DNA of 63,839 nt, filler included, from Octopus bimaculoides (taxonomy: Eukaryota), in NCBI RefSeq assembly GCF_001194135.2. It is 9 parts of 8 records of this genome, joined end to end, with 100 filler letters (N's around TTAATTAATTAA, not from the genome) between each part and the next. Parts side by side here need not be neighbours in the genome. Positions count along the whole stretch, not along the records: positions 13,275 to 23,806 come from NC_068984.1; positions 23,907 to 27,804 come from NC_068999.1; positions 27,905 to 40,788 come from NC_069002.1; 6 more parts are not named here. One strand, 5' to 3'. Both the position numbers and the translations under genes were made by a program. Positions within the stretch are counted from its first letter, which is position 1. Each line of letters opens with the position of its first letter. A model generated the notes under the pieces. The model saw nothing but the letters and a program-made list of their open reading frames with translations. It did no database searches and was not told the DNA's origin. Below are positions 23,371-34,715 of the stretch, in pieces.

Positions 23371-23434
<64 letters not shown>

Positions 23435-23751
23435 CATACATACATACATACATACATACATAGACACACACACACATACATATAAATACGTATGTGTATA
23501 TATGTGTGTGAGTATAAGTATCTGTGTGTGTGTTGGTATGTGTGTGTATGGGCGTGTGAGTGTAAATTGTTTATGTATGTGTGCATGTGTGTCTGTTTAT
23601 ACACATGTTTATATGAATGACGTATGTCTATGCATGAGTCTCTCTGTTCATATAAATATATACATGCCTATCTATTTATATAGACAGACAGATACTTTTT
23701 ACCAGTGTTGTGTAATTAATTAATTTGTCTCTGACTTCTCTCCCAGAACTT

Positions 23752-23806
<55 letters not shown>

Positions 23807-23906
23807 NNNNNNNNNNNNNNNNNNNNNNNNNNNNNNNNNNNNNNNNNNNNTTAATTAATTAANNNNNNNNNNNNNNNNNNNNNNNNNNNNNNNNNNNNNN
23901 NNNNNN

Positions 23907-25742
23907 CAAAAACGGCTCCGTTAGGTAACTGTTTATCTGGACGGTGGACTTGATGCCGCAGTACATAGCGGAGATCCAGCCGCAAAAGCCAGGGTCCAGC
24001 CCAGCCGCTTCGAGGACGGCCTCCAGATACTGGTGGTCTACCCTATCGAATGCTTTACTTTGGTCTAAATGGACCAATGCCCCTCCCTTGCCGGGTATTT
24101 TCCATACCCTGTCTAAGGTGTAGCGGAGAAGGTGAAGATTGTCTTGGATCGACCTGCCCGGAATTGCACAAGTCTGTGCTTTCCAACAAGCTTCTCCACG
24201 ACAGCCGTCAGCCTTTTTGCTAAAACCTTGGCCAAAATCTTTAACTCTACGTCAAGTAGAGTTATGGGCCTGTAGTTACTAATGTCATCCCCCTTGCTTG
24301 GGTCCTTCTGGATCAGCGTCACAACTCCCCGGCTCACAGAACTGGGAATTCTCCCATTCTGCTGCCAGTTTGCATAGACGCCAGCCAGAACATCGCCAAA
24401 CAAGTCCGGCATTGAACGATACAACTCGTAGGGCAGACCATCCAGTCCCGGAGACTTTTCCCCAGCGCACTCGGCCAGTACCCCTCTTACCTCCGCGGGA
24501 GTGATCGGGCCTTCACAGCACCCAGCTTCACGTGTCGAGAGTCGAGGCCCGCCAGCCAGGAAGTCCTTTAAGGCCNNNNNNNNNNNNNNNNNNNNNNNNN
24601 NNNNNNNNNNNNNNNNNNNNNNNNNNNNNNNNNNNNNNNNNNNNNNNNNNNNNNNNNNNNNNNNNNNNNNNNNNNNNNNNNNNNNNNNNNNNNNNNNNNN
24701 NNNNNNNNNNNNNNNNNNNNNNNNNNNNNNNNNNNNNNNNNNNNNNNNNNNNNNGAACAACCGAGCGAAAGGCTGGTGAAAAGCCTTTTGCATCTCCTCC
24801 TGTCCATAGATCCTGCGTCCTCGTTCGTCGGTTAAAGACTTAATACAGGACTTCTTGCCCTTCTGATACTCCTCACGACGTGCCCATCTGGCTACGTTAA
24901 TTCCTTCTCGCTTCCCTGCACGTAATTTAGCTCTGACTCTGCAACCTTCGTGCTTGGCATTGAGGTGACGATACAAGACCGTTCTCGCCGCTAACACTCT
25001 AGATGCGGAGCCAGATTCCAACGCCTCGTCTAAGTTCTTAACTAATTCACCTTCTACCTTAGACCTATCTAAACTTAGCTGTTTGCTAAATCTAATGGAT
25101 TCTAAACGAATGGCTCTTTTGAGGGCGTGCCACCATCTATTATTAACGATGGTGCCACATAATGCTCTCTGAACTATCTCCTTAATCCGGGCACGGAAAG
25201 CTTCACAAGTCAGAATAGACTTGTTCATTTTCCAGTACCCGGGTCCCTGTCTATGACACTTTTCTACATGCACCTCACACGTCACAAGCTTGTTATCAGT
25301 GTAAGGAAGGTACAATACAAAATTGTGGACAGCTAACAGTATCCTTATCTAGGTCCTTGACGAATACTCTATCTAAGTACGATCTGCGTGAGCCATCGTT
25401 ATTACTCCAAGTCCACTGTGGAACGCTTGGCTCACTCAGTCGGTAACGGTCTACTAGGTTATAGCTTTCTAGTAGCCCCTTGAGGCAAGGACTCCCCTTC
25501 CTACCAGCCGAGCCAACACTATCGACCCGTGCATCGAGAATAGTGTTGAAGTCCCCTACCATTACTACTGTTTTTGACGTCACCAGAAAGTGCTCCAGAT
25601 TCCGGTAAAAACCCGTCTGCCTACGATCCATAGGAGCGTAGACAGCTACCAACCTGAAGGACTGTTTACTCACATGAGTCACATCCAGGACAACCAGCCT
25701 ACCTTCTGGGTCCAGGCGGTGCTCCAGCATGGCAGCAGTCAA
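23907..25742 (-). mobile_element. L1/Tx1-clade LINE ORF2 fragment (APE and RT), frameshifted
   Basis: APE: FRLVAVYAP..VMVGDFNTILD..WTWSNNDGSRRSYLDRVF, GPGYWKMN; RT: KSPGLDGLPYELY..NYRPITLLDVELKILAKVLAKRL, HLDQSKAFDRVDH. Confidence 0.92.
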
Positions 25743-25744
25743 AT

Positions 25745-25847
25745 AGTTAGGCAGAGGTCATAACGTCAGAGGTCACAAAGTCTGTTAATTAAGTTCTGTT
25801 AGTTAAGTTATAACTTAACTAACAGACGTTGTGACCTCTGCCTAACT
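25745..25847. repeat. Near-perfect palindrome with duplicated left arm
   Basis: 32-bp perfect palindrome at 25795-25826; outer arms 25745-25767/25825-25847 pair with one G-T. Confidence 0.9.
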
Positions 25848-25929
25848 GAACGCCTCGAAATCCTAACGGCTACAACACACCTTTTAAACAAGAAATACGA
25901 AAATAACCTAATTTGTCTTCACACTACAA

Positions 25930-26075
25930 AATTTTCATTTTCTAAGTGTAATTAAATATGTAAAACAATTTCACTTTCTAAGTATAATTGAATATGTAAG
26001 ACAATTTCACTTTCTAAGTATAATTAAATATGTAAAAATGAATTTTCCTTTTCTAAGTATAATTAAATATAATTA
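25930..26075. repeat. 36-bp AT-rich minisatellite, about 4 copies
   Basis: TCTAAGT recurs at 25941, 25977, 26013 and 26052. Confidence 0.85.
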
Positions 26076-26394
26076 AATATTAATAAGGTCAGAATTAGCT
26101 CCCTCTTCACCAAAACTTAGAGTTACTCCCCTTTACTAACACCGCCGGTGCAAAAATCAAAAACACACGCTCGAATTTTAAAAACAACTGGAATGCGTTT
26201 GATCAAAATTGGAACTACGAGCTTGAACAGTACCCACCCTACCTCTCCTTCGCAGAAAAACTATTAACACAACTTCGACTAAAATGTAAGACTAACTTTA
26301 CCTAACTCTATTCTTATACCACTATATGAATTACTATATCCCCTAACTGTTATTCCTGCATCTCTCACACCATGAACTTTAACATACTTCTCAA

Positions 26395-26446
26395 CATTCT
26401 GAAGAGATCTACCAATCAAATTGGCACATCGAAACGATCGCCAATG
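26395..26446 (+). ncRNA. Degenerate type I hammerhead (U16.1 changed to C)
   Basis: CATT/AATG stem I; CTGAAGA; stem II GAT..ATC with inner CCAAT/ATTGG hairpin; GAAA; palindromic CGATCG; then CC instead of TC. Confidence 0.7.
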
Positions 26447-26709
26447 AATCATTAAACAATCTCCACATAATTAAATCAATGGCTAACTAGCACAATTGAC
26501 CTGCTTCTTCTTGTGTTTATTTCTCCATTCTCCACTTGATTATAATTATAAACTGCGGTTTAAACGATAAATTACCTACCTCTGGATACCTTCTGACAAA
26601 GACGGTACCTACACAGGTAATCTCCAAGAGTGCTTTCGGATTTAATTATCCCCTGGTTGCTTAGATATTCAGGCTACCCCTTGAATGTTTAAGCAATCCT
26701 ACCATATAC

Positions 26710-26775
<66 letters not shown>

Positions 26776-26906
26776 ATGTATATAAATACAGTGTGCATTT
26801 AAAGACATAAGAGGTAGCCATCATAGGATTCCGTGCACGCTAGAAAGAACAATTAAATTCCAAACCACTATTAGGTTCGAAAGGAATGAAAAATAAAAAC
26901 ATTTAC

Positions 26907-26996
26907 CATCTAACTCCTGGACCATGGTTTCAGACTTATTTTAGCAAATAAAATAATTTGCTAGGCGAAGTCTTCTTCAGCAGGTACACCTAGATG
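26907..26996 (-). ncRNA. Type I hammerhead ribozyme with complete core
   Basis: Minus strand: CATCTA-ggtgta-CCTG CTGAAGA AGACT..[TAGCAAAT/ATTTGCTA]..AGTCT GAAA CCATGG TC CAGG-agt-TAGATG; cut predicted between 26920 and 26919. Confidence 0.88.
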
Positions 26997-27913
26997 AAAC
27001 ATATATACACGAGGCAATCCAATATATGCCCCATGCTTATACATTCTAATTTTTCAAATCTACCGCACAAGCGCAGCTCCTTGTCGGCAGTAAATAAAAA
27101 ATGCCGGCGTTTCAATTCAAACATTATCCAGAAAAAATTATCAATAATTAATAATATCAAGGGTCATAAGAAATATTAGAAATTTCTACTACCAGTGGCC
27201 TAGCGTGTAAAAATTTAGTCAATAAGCTATATATTATTAATGGGATGTGGTCAGTGATAGTGTGTGCGTGGTGGTGTGATGTGATGTGGTGTTGTGTGGT
27301 ATGGTGTAGTGATGTTTGGTGTGGAATGATCGTGTTGGGATGTGGGGGAGGCGAGAGTGGGGAAAGCAAGGGTGGGGTGTGNNNNNNNNNNNNNNNNNNN
27401 NNNNNNNNNNNNNNNNNNNNNNNNNNNNNNNNNNNNNNNNNNNNNNNNNNNNNNNNNNNNNNNNNNNNNNNNNNNNNNNNNTGTGTACCTACCCGTTCTC
27501 GCACATACACACAAACACAAGCACCCCCCACCACCACATATCGAGACCCTCGCCGATACATGTGCTCACACACACGCGCCTTAACTTGCTGGTCTGTCTA
27601 TATACATACATTCCTGTATATATACAGACGTGCCAATACTCACACACGCACTTACCTACATATGCACGCATGCACATACCCACACGTACACACATTTGTA
27701 TATATTTGCACACACTAGTATTTATGCATAAGTATACACCCATAAACATACTCACACATACACACCCACATGTACCCATTCACACACCCACACACGCCCA
27801 CCCTNNNNNNNNNNNNNNNNNNNNNNNNNNNNNNNNNNNNNNNNNNNNTTAATTAATTAANNNNNNNNNNNNNNNNNNNNNNNNNNNNNNNNNNNNNNNN
27901 NNNNATATATATG

Positions 27914-27954
<41 letters not shown>

Positions 27955-28689
27955 ATATGTATAAATATATATGCCAAATTTTTAAAATAGATATAAAATT
28001 TTCCTCGTGTATATACATACATGTAAACTTTTGTGTACATAAATAACTATGTGTGTGTGTGTATATGTTTTATTTTTGAGGCTGAAAACATTGTAAGAAT
28101 TATTTATGCAGCAAAGTTTCATGTACAACACTGGCCGAACAAGTAATGTCTATGCCTTTTATTGGCTGCCAACACACACACACACATCTGCCTCTGTACA
28201 TTTGTGGAAAATTATGTAACCATCCATGGGGCTGGCCATAATTAAATCTTTTCCCCCTCGCCAGTAATTTTTCCTTACCTTGGCACAAGATAAACAATTT
28301 TTATTCTTTAGCTACGCTCAAATACTTGTCGTTGCTGATTGTTTTTCCTCCAAGGTTGTTTGTTTGGTTTTCAAGTAAGACCAAAAAGAGTTTCTTACAT
28401 AAACTTATTTATTGCTATGCTGTATGATATGTTACATAATTTCTCTCACTCACTGATTGTCAAATGTATGCTACAAAGATTTGTTCTAGGGAAGGAGAGT
28501 AATACAGTAATATTGAAATATGGTCACCAATTTAAGAGGGAGAGGAATATAAAGTATATATAATAGAAGTGTATATCTATGTATATAGATATATATATAT
28601 ATATGTATATATATATAATTAGTGTGTATATATAACTAGAAGAATGTAATAGAGTTATAAAGGTACAAGGTTAGAATATAAAATGTGTG

Positions 28690-29010
28690 CGTGTGCCGGT
28701 GGCATGTAAAAAGCACTATCCGAATGTGGTCGATGCCAGTGCCCCTTGACTGGCTCCCGTGCTGGTGGCATATAAAAAGTACATTCCGAATGTGATCGAT
28801 GTCAGGGCTGCCTGACCGGCTCTTGTGTGGGTGCCACGTAAAAAGCACCCACTATACTCTCGGAGTGGTTGGCATTAGGAAGGGCATCCAGCTGTAGAAA
28901 CATTGCCCAATCAGATTGGAGCCTGGTGCAGGCACTGGCTTTCCAGACCTCGGTCAAACCGTCCAACCCATGCCAGCATGGAAAACCGACGGTAAACGAT
29001 GATGGTGACA
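28690..29010 (+). mobile_element. RTE-associated short repeat with tandemly duplicated 5' module
   Basis: CGGTGGCATGTAAAAAGCAC..CCGAATGTG module repeated twice, then GGTTGGCATTAGGAAGGGCATCCAGC...AACCCATGCCAGCATGG and GATGATG tail. Confidence 0.65.
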
Positions 29011-29044
29011 TATGTATATATATATATAAAATTTAGATTCAAGG

Positions 29045-29496
29045 TGAATATGGTACTTAAGTTTAGGCACCAGAATTAAGTATGGTATTATCGATACAGT
29101 TTCAAAATAAGGTGATTAAAGTCAAAAGAAGCAACAAGGATATCCAAAGTTAATGCAGTACGATTGTTTCATGCGACTCCATTTAATTAAGCAATGTGAA
29201 CATTACATCAAATGTAAAATGCAGAGCAATCTTCAGCTGCACAAAGACATAGAAATTTACTGAAATTACATTTCAACAGGGACATATTTTTGTAACTACA
29301 TTTTTTGTATTCTTCCTTTCTACTTGGAGAGTTTAAATGTAGTTAGAAAAGTATGTCCTTCTGTTGAAATGTAATTTCAGTAAATTTCTATATTTGTGCA
29401 GCTGAGGATTTCTCTGCACTTTATATTTGATGTAATGTTCACGTTGCTTAATTAAATGGAGTTGCATGAAACAATCGTACTGCATTAACTTTTGAT
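29045..29496. repeat. Long fold-back: about 157-bp inverted arms, probably the 5' part of a Penelope-like element
   Basis: 29142-29298 is the reverse complement of 29340-29496, loop about 41 nt; forward homologue at 63116-63370. Confidence 0.8.
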
Positions 29497-29684
29497 NNNN
29501 NNNNNNNNNNNNNNNNNNNNNNNNNNNNNNNNNNNNNNNNNNNNNNNNNNNNNNNNNNNNNNNNNNNNNNNNNNNNNNNNNNNNNNNNNNNNNNNNNNNN
29601 NNNNNNNNNNNNNNNNNNNNNNNNNNNNNNNNNNNNNNNNNNNNNNNNNNNNNNNNNNNNNNNNNNNNNNNNNNNNGGGCTTCT

Positions 29685-29835
29685 TTCAGTTTCCATCTAC
29701 CAAATTCACTCACAAGGCTTTGGCCAACCCGAGACTATAATAGAAGACATTTACCCAAGGTACAATGGTGTGGAACTGAACCCGGCACCTTGTGTTTGGG
29801 AAGCAAGCTTCTTACCACACAGCAAAGCCTGCACT
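29685..29835 (-). mobile_element. tRNA-derived SINE head, major family
   Basis: TCACAAGGCTTTGGCC..AGAAGACA..GAAGCAAGCTTCTTACCACACAGC. Confidence 0.75.
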
Positions 29836-30524
29836 TATATATGTATATATATATATATATATATATTTATTTATTTTTTTATTTATTACTCTACAGCAAG
29901 AATGATTCATTGTGCTTTTATAAATCAATGTTTTAATATATAACTTAATTATTCATTTTTGTTTTTTTCAGGTAAGTTGAAAGCCTTGTCTGTCTGTTGG
30001 TCTGTTGGTAAGAGCAATCGATTTTTACCTTTATAAATGCCTTGCTTTTTTCTCCAAGTCTTCATCTGTACATCTTTGTTATACGTGACACATAAACACA
30101 TTAGCACACACATGATTCCACATGCATACATGCACAATCAAGCATACAAAGGCTTCTGTTAACACACATATATGCACACACAATCATACATGCAGCTACT
30201 ACTATAGACACAAACCCACACACGTTTCCATAGAAATAATTGCACACACAGGCATACGCGCAACCTTTCCATAAACACTCATACACACATTTCCTGTAAC
30301 GTTACATAAACTCAACTTTCATAAGATAAGGTTTCTTGTGTAAGCGCTTTCAGCCATTCGCCAATCATGGCCAAAGGCATTTAAAAACACAAATTCTTCA
30401 AATCTGCCACCAAGCCTGTGTTAATCTGTTTTTCTAAAAATTATATTCTAGATAATTTCTAATTTTTGGAAAATTGTTCACCCCCCACCCCACCCCCCCA
30501 GTATTGAGAGTCTATCAAGAAAAC

Positions 30525-30820
30525 AGGCCTGGCTGTGTGTTTAAGAAGTTTGCTTTGCAACCCTGTGGTTTCAGGTTCAGTCCCACTGCATGGCACATTG
30601 AGCAGGTGTCTTCTACTTTAGCGCCAGGCTGACCGATGCCTTATGAGTGAATTTGATAAGCAGTAACTGAGTGGAAACCCATTGTGTGTATGTGTGCATG
30701 TATGTGTGTGTGTGTGTGTGTTTGCCACCCACCCACCTACCACTTGACAGTTGGTGTTGGTTTGTTTATGTCCATATCACTTAGCAGTTCAGGAAAAGTG
30801 ACTGAAAGAATAAGTACCAT
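30525..30820 (+). mobile_element. tRNA-derived SINE, major family
   Basis: GGCCTGGCTGTGTGTTTAAGAAG...GGTTCAGTCCCACTGCATGGCAC..GTCTTCTACT. Confidence 0.7.
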
Positions 30821-30834
30821 CATCATCTTCATCA

Positions 30835-31205
30835 TCATTTAATATCTACTTTCCATGCTGGCATGGGTCAGACAGTTTGACAGGAGTTGGCAAATCAGGC
30901 TCCATTTGTCTATTTTGGCAAGGTTTCTACAGCTGGATACCCTTCCTACTGCCAACCACTTTACAGAATGCACTGGGTGCTTTTTATGTGGCACCAGCAC
31001 AAGTGCCTTATATGTGACACCAACATGGGGGTGTTTTATGTGGCGCCAGCACAAATGCCTTATATGTGACACCAGCACAGTTGCTTTATATGTGACGCAA
31101 GCACAGGTCCTCTTTACGTGGCACCAGCACGAGTGCTTTTTATGTGGCACCAACAATGGTGCTTTTTACATGGCACCAGCATGGGTGTTTTTTTTTACCT
31201 GGTGC
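30835..31205 (-). mobile_element. RTE-associated short repeat with expanded internal repeats
   Basis: 3' tail CCATGCTGGCATGGG then GGATACCCTTCC; about 8 degenerate TTATGTGGCACCAGCAC modules. Confidence 0.6.
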
Positions 31206-32010
31206 CAACACAGCTACTTTATAAGTGGTATGCCCCAGCATAGTTGCTGTCCAATGACTAAATCAAGTAAAAGGGTAAAAGATAAAAGATATATATCACA
31301 GGCTTCTCCACAGTTTCTATCAACCAAATTTCATTCACAAGATGTTATTCAACGTGATGCTCTACTAGAAGATGCTCATCCAAAATATCATTCAATAGGA
31401 TCGAATCTGGAGCCTCGTATTTGCCAAAGAAACATCTTAACCACTCAGCTAGCCATCATCCAACAATACTTATTTACTTACCAATGCAATTATCCATGCT
31501 GTCATCAATACAGCAATTATTTGTTCGCTTTCATTATTTCATTTTATATTCCTCAAACCTAATTAGCTGTTTACATGTCAGTTGGAAATTGCTGCCCTCA
31601 TTAAATATATTTTGACACCAAAATATTGTTCTGTTGTCGATGCTCATCACTGTGTTTTGCAGAAGAGATTTCTACAGATGTTAGGAATGCTGGAAAATTG
31701 TCCAATTTTTGCTGCAGTGATCCATAATTAGTTTGGAATGTAAATGATGAATAGATGGAATAATTATGTCGATGGGAATGTTGATGTTGTTGTTGTTGTT
31801 GTGAACAAGTGCTAGGACAGTTTGTTTTGCTTTCTCATGTATAATCATTAATATAGTGCCACATCTAGTGAAAATTTGCATCATTTACCATTCTTGCACA
31901 ACAACCTTATCTTCCACACTCTACTCTTGTCAGAATGACAAGGTAAACAAATTCCCAGGTATACCTGCTGCACAAAAATCAAATAGTTAAGTGGCTGCTG
32001 TTGTACTTAA

Positions 32011-32208
32011 CCCTTTATCATTCAGAAAATTCTGTTGAGTTTTCTTTGCATTAATCACATTATCTCATGGCCTTGATATTTTGATGATGTGATTGTTTAT
32101 TTTTAGAATGACATTGTAGGGTAGGTGTAAGAAGCAAGATCTGGCTGGTTTGTCTATAAAGCAGGTAGGATATGTGGACTGGATCTGGTCGGTTTAAATG
32201 CCAAGGTG
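32011..32208. mobile_element. piggyBac-type MITE (decayed)
   Basis: TTAA on both sides (32007-32010, 32209-32212); left end CCCTTT, right end degenerate AAGGTG. Confidence 0.6.
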
Positions 32209-32299
32209 TTAATGTAGTGTATCATCTTGATGACACATCTTATCTAAGAAAGCTAGGGTGACAACTCCAGGGTTAAAATTAATTAAATACAGAATGTAC

Positions 32300-32520
32300 T
32301 TGATGGTGTGTCATTCACCGACATACTCCAACCTCTGCTTCACAGACATAATGCATCCACTCTCTGCTTTGTCTACCATTACTACTGTGACCATTGCTCT
32401 TCGGCACTGGTTAGTCTCATTCCACCCCAACTTAAACTTTCCCAACTTTCCAATCTTTCTACTTGTTCCTAATATCATATCCTCCAAAGCAGCTGCACCC
32501 TGCTTTGGGTCCCACATTTA
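32300..32520 (-). mobile_element. Decayed RTE-like AP-endonuclease N-terminus
   Basis: GKFKLGWNETNQCRRAMVTVVMVDKAESGCIMSVKQRLEYVGE aligns loosely with the LKIGTWNVRT..GK...DILG.SE.RW..GE consensus. Confidence 0.45.
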
Positions 32521-32604
32521 AGCCACTACACCAAGTCCTTCCTTTCTGTTGACCATGTTTTTACCACCGTTGTTGACTTGTCCAAGAGTAGCATTAAACT
32601 GTAC

Positions 32605-33035
32605 GGACCTAAGTTGTCTTGAAGGCCCAGTGTAGACATTGGACATGCCTCCAGGCCAATTTGTATTGAAGGCTTGTTTTAAGAGAATGAACATACCCTC
32701 TTCTACCGGACCATTGTGTCTTGGAGGATTTGTGAGGACAATAGATACAGATCCTTTCATCAGACCAATTTGTCTTGGAGGACCTGTGAAGACATTGGCC
32801 GCAGCTCTTTTCTACAGATCATTGTCTTGATGAGTTTGGGAAGACAATGGGCACACCTCCTTTTCTCCAAGCTAATTTGTCTTTCAGATTCTGTGAAGAC
32901 AATGGATGCACCCTCTTCCTCTAGACCATTTTGTTTTGGAGAGTCTGTGGAGAAAATGGACCACACCTATCTCTAAACTAATTTGTATTGGAGTGTCTGT
33001 GAAGACAATGGCCATACCCTTTCTTGCAGACTTTT
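32605..33035. repeat. Degenerate about 54-bp tandem repeat, 7-8 units
   Basis: Unit starts at about 32606, 32655, 32709, 32763, 32817, 32870, 32924, 32976 and 33029; consensus AGACCAATTTGTCTTGGAG..TCTGTGAAGACAATGG. Confidence 0.8.
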
Positions 33036-33744
33036 GTAATGGGGGTTCTGTGTGTGTCACCTTAGTGCTGTGCACTAATACAGTGTGATATATAGTACCA
33101 CAAAATGGGGTGGACACCAACTGTCTTCACCTGATGTATCTCCAAATACTCTGCCAACAACTGTAACCAATGTAAAACAACTCCCAACAAACTATAACAA
33201 CTTCTCAACAATTCTATGAACTCACAAATGACACCTTTCGACTTCCTGCGATTTCTCCACTCTTGCTTTCTGTCAAACACACTTCCACTTATACGAGTTC
33301 AGCTAGTCCATTCTCACAGGGGGTGTCATGATTCTCACCATAACTCAGACCACTCTTGATAAAGGTAACTTTATTAGATTAGGAACTTATCAAAGAATTG
33401 AAAGGAAGGGAAAGATTTTCCTAGAAATTAGAAACCAAGTGTGTAGCACAGAAATGGACAGTGAAAGATGTGAAAACATTGTTGCAAAGGAAGGTAGGTG
33501 GCATGAAAGATTCACAGAAAATGGTTTTTAGCTATTCTTGAAGTGTGAACAATGAAACTCTAATATAATAATATGTTTGAAGAATAAATTTGGAAAATAA
33601 TTAACTGTTACGCTAATTGCTCTGGCATAAAACCAATTGTGGATTGAAGTAGAAATTTATGAAGAGGGTTTGTAATTCGTTTGGGAGAAATTTCTTTCTT
33701 GTTTTCTTTTTGGTTTCTTCTATCTTTTACTTGTTTCATTCATT

Positions 33745-33969
33745 AACTTGTGGCCATGCTGGGGCACAGCCCTGATGGGTTTAGTTGAACAAATTAATAC
33801 CGGTACTTAGGAATTTGTCGTGAAACTAATTGATCCCAGTATTTCTTTTCTTGTCTTTTTTTCTTTTTGCTTGGTACTTATTCTATTGGTTTGAACCACT
33901 AAGTTACAGGGACGTAAGCACACCAACACCAGTTACCAAGCGGTGGTGGGGGACAAGCACACACACAAA

Positions 33970-34010
<41 letters not shown>

Positions 34011-34170
34011 GATGGGCTTCTTTAAGTTTCCATCTGCCAAATCTACTCACAAGGCTTTGGTTGGCTCAAAGCTATAGTAGAAAACACTTGTCCAAGGTGT
34101 TACACATTGGGACTGAACCTGAAACCATGTGGTTGGGAAGCAAACTTCTTACCACACAGCCACACCTGCA
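33745..34170 (-). mobile_element. tRNA-derived SINE, major family, near full length
   Basis: Same body and head as 51440-51793. Confidence 0.8.
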
Positions 34171-34190
34171 CTTATATATAAAGTTTTTGA

Positions 34191-34392
34191 CCCTTTTGTT
34201 ACTGTATTTCTGTTGAGATGCTCTGTGTTTCTTTCAATTAATTTTAAATATAACTTAGTTATCATTAAACTGGTGTTAGGAACATAAATTGTGACAAAGG
34301 TTTAGGGGAAGATTTTAATTCATAACTTTTGAAAACGAGGCATTTGTACTACAGAGCCAGAGGTGGTTTCAGCCAGGTTGGTATCAAAAGGG
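34191..34392. mobile_element. piggyBac-type MITE
   Basis: TIR CCCTTTTGTTAC/GTATCAAAAGGG; flanks TTGA and TTAA. Confidence 0.7.
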
Positions 34393-34499
34393 TTAAACAA
34401 GAATATTATTGACAGTGACTTTGAAGTTTCAGCCATTGTCAGATGATAGTTAGATAGAGAGATGGATATGGATACATAAAATATATGAAGAAATGATTA

Positions 34500-34715
34500 T
34501 TTCTACTCTAGGCACAAGGCCCTAAAAATTTTGGGGAAAGGGTCTAGTCGATTACAGCAACTCCAGTGTTTCACTGGTGCTTAATTTATTGACCCCGAAA
34601 GGATGGAAAGCAAAGTCGACCTCTGCGGAATTTGAACTCAGAACGTAAAGATGGACGAAATAGCGCTAAGCATTTCACTTGGCGTGCTAACGATTCTGCC
34701 AGCTCACCACCTTCA
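34500..34715 (-). mobile_element. tRNA-derived SINE, second family
   Basis: Reverse complement of 56956-57168; ATGAAGAAAT occurs on both sides (possible TSD). Confidence 0.8.

Noticed and set aside
28270-28340. Strong minus-strand donor CAAG|GTAAGG as a possible upstream exon of the host gene
   Set aside because: All three frames upstream contain stops and there is no clear acceptor; at most a non-coding exon, unsupported.
32605-33035. CRISPR-like or other prokaryotic repeat-spacer array
   Set aside because: Units are contiguous, degenerate tandem repeats without unique spacers, in a clearly eukaryotic context with no cas genes.
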